Under the pieces are notes generated by a model. That model saw only the letters and a program-made list of their open reading frames with translations, did no database searches and was not told the DNA's origin. Below, piece by piece: positions 54,728 to 64,000 of a stretch of 64,000 nt of DNA. Position 1 is the stretch's first letter. Each line of letters opens with the position of its first letter. Made by a program: the position numbers and the translations under genes. Source of the DNA: Octopus vulgaris (lineage: Eukaryota); NCBI GenBank assembly GCA_951406725.2, contig OX597827.1, positions 14,570,001-14,634,000 on the forward strand. Reading direction: 5' to 3'.

Positions 54728-56234
54728 AAGGTGGTGATCTGGCAGAAACGTTAGCACAACGGGGGATATGCTTAGTGGTATTTCGTCTGCCGTTACGTTC
54801 TGAGTTCAAATTCCGCCGAGGTCGACTTTGCCTTTCAACCTTTCAGGGTCGATAAATTAAGTACCAGTTACGCACTGGGGTTGATGTAATCAACTTAATC
54901 CGTTTGTCTGTCCTTGTTTGTCCCCTCTATGATTAGCCTCTTGTGGGTAGTAAAGAAATAGGTATTCCATCTGCCGTTATGCTCTGAATTCAAATTCCAC
55001 TGAGGTCGACTTCGCCTTTCAACCTTTCAGGGTTGATAAATTAAGAACCAGTTACGCACTGGGGTTGATGTAATCGACTTAATCCATTTGTCTGTCCTTG
55101 TTTGTCCCCTCTATGTTTAGCCCCTTGTGGGCAGTAAAGAAACAGGTATTTCGTCTGCTGTTATGTTCTGAGTTTAAATTCTGCCGAGGTCGACTTTGCC
55201 TTTCAACATTTCAGGGTCGATAAATTAAGTACCAGTTACGCACTGGGGTTGATGTAATCGACTTAATCCATTTGTCTGTCCTTGTTTGTCCCCTCTATGT
55301 TTAGCCCCTTGTGGGCAGTAAAGAAATAGGTATTTCGTCTGCTGTTATGTTCTGAGTTCAAATTCCGCCGAGGTCGACTTTGCTTTTCATCCTTTCGGGG
55401 TCGATAAATTAAGTACCAGTTATGCACTAGGGTCGGTATAATCGACTTAATCCGTTTGTCTGTCCTTGTTCCTCCCCTCTATGTTTAGCCCCTTGTAGGT
55501 AATAAAGAAACAGGTATTTCGTCTGCCGTTATGTTCTGAGTTCAAATTCCGCCGAGGTCGACTTTGCCTTTCATCCTTTCCGTGTCGATAAATTAAGTAC
55601 CAGTTATGCACTAGGGTCGGTATAATCGACTTAATCCGTTTGTCTGTCCTTGTTTGTCCCCTCTATGTTTAGCCCCTTGTGGGTAATAAAGAAACAGGTA
55701 TTTCGTCTGCCGTTATGTTCTGAGTTCAAATTCCGCCGAGGTCGACTTTGCCTTTCATCCTTTCCGTGTCGATAAATTAAGTACCAGTTATGCACTAGGG
55801 TCGGTATAATCGACTTAATCCGTTTGTCTGTCCTTGTTTGTCCCCTCTATGTTTAGCCCCTTGTGGGTAATAAAGAAACAGGTATTTCGTCTGCTGTTAT
55901 GCTCTGAGTTCAAATTCCGCCGAGGTCGACTTTGCCTTTCATCCTTTCGGGGTCAATAAATTAAGTACCAATTACACACTGGGGTTGATGTAATCGACTT
56001 AATCCATTTGTCTGTCCTTGTTTGTCACCTGTGTTTATCCCCTTGTGGGAAGTAAAGAAATAGGTATTTCGTCTGCCGTTATGTTCTGAGTTCAAATTCC
56101 GCCGAGGTCGACTTTGCCTTTCATCCTTTCGGGGTTGATGAAATAAGTACCAGTTACACACTGGGGTCGATATAATCGACTTATTCCCTTGTTTGTCCCC
56201 TCTATGTTTAGCCCCCTGTGGGCAATAAAGAAAT
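54728..56234 (+). mobile_element. SINE family B octamer: one head plus 8 tandem ~184 bp body units
   Basis: Units start at 54777, 54961, 55145, 55329, 55513, 55697, 55881, 56063; TSD taagtgaca at 54719-54727 and 56235-56243. Confidence 0.95.
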
Positions 56235-57801
56235 TAAGTGACAGAGCAGCTACGCAATATCATCACTTTGGTTTGGTCAAGTGAAGGCCTTGCAAATATA
56301 TGACCAGTCCTGTCTCACGCACCCAATACCATAGATGACAATGTCACAGGCTGTTTCTGCTAAAATTACTGAATTTTCCAGATGGACAGATAGGTGGAAA
56401 GACAGACAAATGGACAGCTAGGTAGATGGTCGAACAGATAAACAGATGGCTAGGTGGATGGATAGATAGGTCGATTGGTGAATGGGAGGGCAGACAGATG
56501 ACTAGACAAGTGGATGGCTGACCAGAGGGATAGATGGACAGATGAATGGCAAGATAGATGGATGGATGGATGGATGGAGGTATGGCAGCAAAGCATGGCT
56601 GCAGGCTGGCATATGGGTAGGTAGATAGATATGAAGGAGAAGAAAGAAATTTAGATATGTCAGAGCACTATCACATAATTGAGACTTAAAATTCATTGCA
56701 AACATGCTGAGTCAGTTACCATGACACTTCTTGTAGATGCTTCAGTTCACCTCTCCATCATAAATAGATGTCAGATCTTCTTGGAGTTTCGTGTGTGATA
56801 GATGGTGTCTTTAACTTGAGTGTGAGGAATTGTTAATCCAAATGACACAGCAACTGCTCCTAGAGCTCTGATAGGCGTAGTTATTGTCGTTGTCACTTAC
56901 AGACATAATCTCATGAAATTTTACACACACACACACATACACGCATCCATGTAATTTATACATACACACCCAAACATAATCATGCAAATACATGCACTTT
57001 CACACATACACACATACACATGCATATAGATGTTCATTGATGTACATTTGCATACACCACATGCCCTATGAGTCATTAAAGAGATTTTACATAAAATAAA
57101 AAGAAATAGTAGTACAAGTAAGTGCTTTGATCCTAATTAAGGAAGATTATCATTAGAAGTGAAATTGATTTTTTTTTATTAATTCCTGGAGAAATCTCCA
57201 GAGACTTATATTTCAACTTTAATTATTTATTTAATACAAAAATTCAGTTACTAGATTTCTTTTCTAGTGAATAAATCTTCTAATTAGAAATAAAATAATG
57301 TATAAAAAATTAAATAAAACACATTAGGTCTGAATTTCAATTAAGGCTAATAGGTTTAAATGACGAATAGAGAACAAACAAAGTCAAGTTTATAACTGCT
57401 TTTTTTTTTTTCCTTAAACAAAATCAAAAAAGAACTTAATGAAAAGTCTAAGAATTCTTTTTTTCTTTAATGATGGCGCTATATGGGAGAAGGAAAGTAC
57501 ATTGTTGTTTTACTCAAAAGACAAAAAAAAAAAAAAAAGAAGAGAAATTTTTATTTTCAGAATTTTATATTTTGTATGATGCTCTAACATGATTCATTAA
57601 CTCTGCTGGACTAATCAGTCTGAGAAAATTTTCAAAGACCCACCGTTTCGTGATTTTCAACCTGTGGTAGGAGTAAGCCTACATCTAATCAATTGCCATT
57701 TTGTAGTCTAGTGATTTATCCAATCCAGTCTTTGAGATTTGAACTCAAAATAAAGAACTATTAGAATAAGCTATATATTATTATGTTATTATGCATCTCG
57801 G

Positions 57802-58016
57802 TAAGGTGGCAAGCTGGTAGAATTGTCAGCATACCGAGCAAATTGCTTAGTGACATTGCAACAATCTTTACATTCTGAGGTCAAATTCCGCCAAGGTTGA
57901 CTTTGCCTTTCATCTTTGCGAGGCCAATACAATAAGTGCCACTTGAGAACTGGGGTCAATGTAATCAACTTACACCTGCAGGAAATAGCTAGCCTTGTAC
58001 CAAAATTTGAAACCAT
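57802..58016 (+). mobile_element. SINE family B older subfamily with (TTA)n tail
   Basis: Family B head/core; tail ccttgtaccaaaatttgaaacc. Confidence 0.82.
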
Positions 58017-58026
58017 TATTATTATT

Positions 58027-58247
58027 CTGTAGTTTCATTTTTATAGTGTGCTTTCACTTCACTACCGAGCACAGCTCTGTGTGCCTTGGGTATGTGCTGT
58101 GATTTGTTGTGATGCTCTGATGCTTACTGTATTGAAAGTGTTTTGCGTAGGAGGTGTGCAGTGCCTAGTAGTGCAATTTTCTGTATGTTATATGTGTTTG
58201 TAAGTCCTGGTGTTTTTGTTATGTATTTGTCTGAATATTCTTTTTCT
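58027..58247 (-). mobile_element. R4/Dong-type non-LTR retrotransposon 3' fragment in (TAA)n
   Basis: EKEYSDKYITKTPGLTNTYNIQKIALLGTAHLLRKTLSIQ* (stop 58124-58126); (TTA)n on both sides. Confidence 0.75.
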
Positions 58248-58259
58248 TTATTATTATTA

Positions 58260-58306
<47 letters not shown>

Positions 58307-58307
58307 T

Positions 58308-58745
58308 AAGGTAGAAAGCTGATAGAACTGTTAGCATGCTGGGCAAAATTCTTAGTGGCATTTCGTTCGTCTTTGTTCTGAGTTCAAAATTCGCCAAGGT
58401 CGGTTACTTTTAACTTTTTCAGGGTCAATAAAATAACTAACAGTCAAGCACTGGGGTCGATATAATTGATTTACCCCCTCCCCCGAATTTGCTGACCTTG
58501 TGCCAAAATCGGAAATCACTGTTATTGTTATTATTATAATTATTATTATTATTATTATTTAAGGTGGCAAGCTGGTAGAATCATTAGCATGCCTGGCAAA
58601 ATTCTTAGAGACATTTCATCCATCTTTATGTTCTGTTTGCCTTTAATCTTTTCAGGGTAAATAAAATAAGTACCAGTCAGGTACTGGGGTTGATGTAATC
58701 AACTTCCCGACAAATATGTGCCTTTATGCCAATGTTAGGAATCAA
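58308..58745 (+). mobile_element. Two head-to-tail older SINE B copies separated by (TTA)n
   Basis: Heads at ~58308 and ~58562, each directly after a TTA run. Confidence 0.8.
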
Positions 58746-59329
58746 TATATTATAGATGATGAGCTATATATTATACAATATATACAACATAGATGGATGT
58801 GTTATATAGCATATGTATGGACAGAGAGACAGAGGAGATAGATAGATATATCAAGGATATATAAGGTTGTGCCAAGGCAGACAATGGAGGCTGGTGCAGC
58901 TCTCAGGCTTGCCAGCTCCTGTCATACTGTCCAACTCATACCAGCATGGAAGAAGGGCATTAAATAATGATGATGATGATATTGTAGGAATATAATAGTT
59001 ATATACTATTATACATATATCATAAATGTATAGACATTTTTCGATTGTATATTTTTTTTTACAATGTTTCTTATTATATGATATGGGTGTATGTCAGATA
59101 CATTACATATTTTACAAATGAATACGTTATATATTATCTATGCATGTTACAGATGTGTGTGTTATATATGCATGTGTGTATTATATATTTTTCATAATAT
59201 ATTATGTATATTTTGTAGATGTATATAATATATTAAATATATATTATATATGCTTAAAGTATATATATATATTACACGTAAATATGTTATATATAATATA
59301 CCACATATATTACAAATGCTAAAGATATA

Positions 59330-59712
59330 TCTCTCTCTATATAAACGGCAGTTTGTCTGTGCGTTTTCTGTGTGTCTGTTTTCTCGTACCCTCACTCTGA
59401 CCACGGCTTTCAACCGATTCTGATGAAACTTGACACACACATAGCCCAATGTCATAATTCAAAACTAACGCAGCGAAAATTTTGAAAAGTTCCCCCAGTT
59501 CTGAAAAAATCGATAAATTCGACATGGGGTCGAGAATCAGAAACCCAAACCACAGACTGTCTAGGGGACGCAACTCCACCTTTTTTAACTCTCAAAAAAA
59601 ATTTACCATCATTTTTTTTCCATTTTTTTGCTATTTTTTGGCTATAACTCTCTAAAAATGCTTTATAGTTATTTCCCTTACAAACCTGAGCAACGCCGGG
59701 CGATACTGCTAG
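59330..59712 (+). mobile_element. Non-autonomous Helitron
   Basis: A|TC start and CTAG|T end; 3' end nearly identical to that of 49289-49686. Confidence 0.88.
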
Positions 59713-59785
59713 TATAGTATAAATGACCTGGTCACATAACTATGAACTTTATCCTTTATTCCATTTTGTAAACTTCACTATACTA

Positions 59786-60135
59786 ATCATCATCATCGTC
59801 GTTTAACGTCCGCTTTCCATGCTAGCATGAGTTGGACAATTTTGACTGAGGGCTGGCGAACCAGATGGCTGCACCAGACTCCAATCTTGATTTGGCAGAG
59901 TTTCTACAGCTGGATGCCCTTCCTAATGCCAACCACAAAAGTGTAGTAGGTGCTTTTTACTTGCCACCAGCACGGGGGCCAGTCAGGTAGTACTGGCAAT
60001 GACCTCGCTCGAATTTTTTTACACATGCCACCAGCACAGATGCCGGTAAGGCGACGTTGGTAACGATCACGCTCGAATGGTGCCCTTTTACGTGCCACTG
60101 GCACGGAAGCCAGTTGGCTGCTCTAGCAACGATGA
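59786..60135 (-). mobile_element. Family E (RTE-type 3' UTR), 5'-truncated
   Basis: Colinear with 38666-39008; (ATG)n tail; internal repeats of gccaccagcac. Confidence 0.82.
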
Positions 60136-60179
60136 TCCAGGTATATCTTATTAAAAGTCATGTAATGATGTAAGTTAGT

Positions 60180-60450
60180 TTCGTTTTCGTATCTGGTTTA
60201 CAAAATCCTTTATGCGAATTCATGGGTTGAAACAAATTTCGTTGATTCTGGGGAGAATCATGCTGTCTTAATGCCTTAATATCCAACACACTCACCGGTT
60301 CAATTTCTAAAGTCAACATCCATTGACAAGGTTGCCAAAGCAACGAAAATTTCGGGAAAGAAAAAAATAAATAATAAATGAGTGGATATTGGTAAGTGCG
60401 TTAGACATTAGGGCATTAAAACAGTATGACTCTCCCCAAATACAACAAAA
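60180..60450. mobile_element. Penelope-like island with inverted repeat (60238-60300 / 60388-60450) and degenerate hammerhead-like motif (60323-60352)
   Basis: Homologous to 3671-3877; TTGACAA g gttgc-caaa-gcaac GAAA between the arms. Confidence 0.6.
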
Positions 60451-60694
60451 TGGAAGTTAGTATTCTTGCACAAATGTTTTCGTGTTTTGATGTCTTCTAA
60501 ATGAACAGCATTAATTGTGACATTGTTCTGATAATTTTTACTCTCTGTTGAAAAAAAAAAAAATAATGAAACAGAGAAACAGGGATATAATTGACCATAG
60601 TGATGTATATGTGTGTATTGCATATGTCATCATCATCATCATCATTTGATATCCATTTTCTATTTGGCTTGAGTTGGATGGTTTGATAGAAGCT

Positions 60695-60770
60695 GGCAGC
60701 GAGCTGGCAGAATCGTTAGCATGCGGGGCGAAATGCTTAGCAGTATTTCATCTGCCACTATGTTCTGAGT
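60695..60770 (+). mobile_element. SINE family B head only
   Basis: ggcagcgagctggcagaatcgttagc...ttctgagt, cut off by the family A array. Confidence 0.85.
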
Positions 60771-61590
60771 ATAGCAGAAGACACTTGCCCAAGATGCCCC
60801 GCAGTGGGACTGAACCCGGAACTATGTGGTTGGTAAGCAAGCTACTTACCACACAGCTACTCCTGCGCCTATATATACATATATACGACAGGCTTCTTTC
60901 AGTTTCCGTCTACCAAATCCACTCACAAGGCATTGGTCGGCCTGGGGCTATAGCAGAAGACACTTGCCCAAGATGCCACGCAGTGGGGACTGAACTCGGA
61001 ACCATGTGGTTGGTAAGCAAGCTACTTACCACACAGCCACTCCTGCGCCTATATATACATATATACGACAGGCTTCTTTCAGTTTCTGTTGACCAAATCC
61101 ACTCACAAGGCATTGGTCAGCCCGGGGCTATAGCAGAAGACACTTGCCCAAGATGCCACGCAGTGGGACTGAACCCAGAACCATGTGGTTGGTAAGCAAG
61201 CTACTTACCACACAGCCACTCCTGCACCTATATATACATATATACGACAGGCTTCTTTCAGTTTCTGTCTACCAAATCCACTCACAAGGCATTGGTCGGC
61301 CCGGGGCTATAGCAGAAGACACTTGCCCAAGATGCCACGCAGTGGGGACTGAACCCGGAACCATGTGGTTGGTAAGCAAGCTACTTAACACGCAGCCACT
61401 CCTGCGCCTATATATACATATATACGACAGGCTTCTTTCAGTTTCTGTCTACCAAATCCACTTACAAGGCATTGGTCGGCCCGGGGCTATAGCAGAAGAC
61501 ACTTGCCCAAGATGCCACGCAGTGGGGACTGAACCCGGAACCATGTGGTTGGTTAGCAAGCTACTTACCACACAGCCACTCCTGCGCCTA
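60770..61590 (-). repeat. Tandem array of SINE family A heads, ~180 bp x 4.5
   Basis: Head start cctgcgcct at 60862, 61042, 61221, 61401, 61581. Confidence 0.95.
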
Positions 61591-63145
61591 GTTCATAATC
61601 TTCAAATTACATTGAGACTCTTTGACCCAATACTATTCATCTGATTCAAAATTGGCCCAAACCTTACAAGTATATATCCTACACCTATGTTACACTACAT
61701 TACTATTGTTTAAGTGCTTTGATGAGTGAATTCTATCTCAGTGAATGTTTGTAACCAACGCATTACCTTAACATATAATGATGATATCAGATTTCTTCTC
61801 AGTAATGTCTAAGCAAATATATCTGTATTTCTTGCCATTTCTAAAGAAATACAATCTGTTGTTTCTTATTTTTTTTCTTTTTTTATTTCCTGTCACATTA
61901 TTCAAGTTCGTTTCAATTCTATATTTTCTGTAAAAAAGTCTAAGTAGAATTCTATGTTTATAGCAGAAGTCTGAATAACAATTCAGGCATCCAAAATAAA
62001 ACAGAAAAAAAAAAAAATAAAAATCTCACGACAAAATATATATTGGTAAAAAAAAAACAACAAAAAATGGAAACAAAAAAAAATAACTCCAATACAATTT
62101 ACCTTCAAACCATAATGGTATGGCTATATCTAATTTAGTTTTTTTCTCTCTAACCTTTGTGACATCAGTGCATTAGTGCTTTCAACATCTTAGGGTTACA
62201 AATGTCATTAGCAACAACATGTTTGGGTCATAAAGGTTACAGAAAATTCTCTTGCCAATGCTGTTCCAAAATATATAAATTCACACAATAAATTTAGTTG
62301 GCTTTCTTTCACGTTTGCAAAAACCACCCCTTTTTTTTTTCACTGCCAATATTTTGAAAGGGCTGCAGTTCAGCTGCTAGATTAGTTTTTCTACCACCCT
62401 TTTTAGTATTATTGAAAAAACACAAAAAAATGATAATAATAATAATAATAATAATAGCAATAATAATAGTAAAAATAAAAAAGGGTTTAAAGCTGAACTT
62501 CAAAGAGAAGCAAGTCTCTTTAGAAGCAAAAGGGGGAAAGGGAAACTGCAAGTTAGGAAATAAAATTAAAAAATATTATTTCTGCATTTCCAAGAATTCA
62601 GTATTGGTAATAAAATCAATAGGATGTTAGTGATGTCAGCTCGAACACTGCAGGGGCAACCAATCAACAGTTCAGTGGCTGTTAGAACTAAATTATCACA
62701 GTGAACTCACCAACTGCCTACAGACAATTGCTAGTGTTACTTACTCAGACAGAAATTACAAATAAAAGCAAGTTTCCAACGTTCTGCAAAAATCATACCA
62801 TTTTGTTGACCAGAGTAAAAAAGACCAATAGCAAGATGAAATATAAATTGTGAATAGCTGTGTGGTGGTGAGGAAGTTTACATTGTAATCATGTTGTTGT
62901 AGGTTCAAACCTATTGCACAGTACCATATTTTTTTTTTTTTTTTTTTTTTTTTAGTCTTTCCTTGTTTCAGTCATTAGACAGTGTCCATGCTGGAGCACT
63001 ACCTTCAAGAACATTTTTGTCAAATGAATTGACCCCAGTAATTATTATTATTTAGGGTTTTTTTTTTTTTTGAAAGCCTGATATTTATTTTATTGGTCTC
63101 TTTTGCCAAACTGCTAGATTACAGGGATGCAAACACTCCAAAACT

Positions 63146-63305
63146 GTACATTATTTATGTTATTTACATTCAACGGATATTTGTCCTCATCTTGTTTGTT
63201 GTTAACACAACATTTCGGCTGATATACCCTCCAGCCTTTTCAGGTTTCTTAGAGAAATTTCGAACCTGGGTTCTCATTCCTAAGGTATTTTCGATGTTAT
63301 TATTA

Positions 63306-63345
<40 letters not shown>

Positions 63346-63525
63346 TATCATTATTATTATTACTATTATCATTGTTGTTCAGGTCACTGCATGGAATCAA
63401 ACTCGGAATCTTGGGGTTAGTAGCCCGTGCTCTTAACCACTATGCCATATGCCCATGGCATAAGAATGTAAATAATATCCTTAGTAAATATGTAAAAAAT
63501 ATCTGTTGAATGTAAATAATGTACA
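63146..63525 (-). mobile_element. Composite element: tRNA-like head (63382-63454), (AAT)n, hammerhead-like tail, partial inverted terminal copy
   Basis: tggcatagtggttaag A-box, ggg-ctactaa-ccc arm, gagtttgattcc B-box; CTGAAAA ggctg-gagggtatat-cagcc GAAAT GTT; 63146-63180 inverted at 63499-63525. Confidence 0.68.
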
Positions 63526-63543
63526 TAATTCCTCATCTCTTAA

Positions 63544-63764
63544 CCCTTTAGTGTTCAGATTACTCTCTTAAATGTAATACCTTTTCACTCAAATTGTTTT
63601 GAATTAATCATGCATTATCTTATAGCTTTGAGGTTTCAATGATGTGATTGCTTATTTTCAGAATGACATTGTAGGTTAGGAGTGAGAGGCTAGATATGGC
63701 CAGTTTGAATATAAAACATGTAGAATATATTGGGCCGGATTTGGCCGGTTTAAACACTAAAGGG
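63544..63764. mobile_element. piggyBac-type MITE with TTAA TSDs
   Basis: TTAA|CCCTTTAGTGTT ... AACACTAAAGGG|TTAA. Confidence 0.88.
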
Positions 63765-63804
63765 TTAAATACAGAACTGTTCTCCAGTACTGTTTTGTTG
63801 AGTA

Positions 63805-64000
63805 GTGGTGGGAGGAGAAACAGACACAAAAACACACATGTGCTTGTGCATATACACACACACACACACACAAACTTACACACTTGCATTTATTTGTATA
63901 TACAATGGGCTTCTTTCAGTTTCCATCTACCAAATCACTCACAAGGCTTTGGTCGGGCCAAGGCTATAGCAGAAGGCACTCGCCCAAAGTGCCATGCTGT
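63805..64000 (-). mobile_element. SINE family A, runs off window end
   Basis: gggcttctttcagtttccatctaccaaat...caaggctttggtc. Confidence 0.85.

Noticed and set aside
54777-56234. CRISPR-like regular array
   Set aside because: No unique spacers and no cas genes; units are whole SINE bodies in a eukaryotic context.
60674-61644. Repetitive 173 aa and 166 aa ORFs
   Set aside because: Antisense reading of the SINE A head array; the same peptide appears at every SINE A copy.
62705-62725. 7 nt minus-strand microexon (tag|gcagttg|gtgagt)
   Set aside because: Not frame-preserving, poor pyrimidine tract, expected by chance.

Overview
AT-rich eukaryotic DNA dominated by microsatellites and short interspersed repeats; the repeat landscape looks like an Octopus (coleoid cephalopod) genome (inference). 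Nearly all listed ORFs are translations of (TA)n, (CA)n, (GATA)n, (ATT)n or (GAT/GGT)n and are not genes. Supported content: several tRNA-headed SINE families (labelled A-D here) with interchangeable tails, including an 8 x 184 bp body array and a 180 bp head array; fragments of RTE, CR1/L2-type and R4/Dong-type LINEs; mariner and maT transposase remnants; Helitron/Helentron, hAT and piggyBac-type non-autonomous elements. Most notable: (i) short islands, often in (TA)n, that form inverted repeats and carry hammerhead-ribozyme-like cores (Penelope-like/retrozyme-like), one fused to a tRNA-like Pol III head; (ii) a candidate signal-peptide first coding exon of a host gene on the minus strand (9460-9544) that the ORF track misses. 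All calls were made by eye; boundaries of degenerate copies are approximate.
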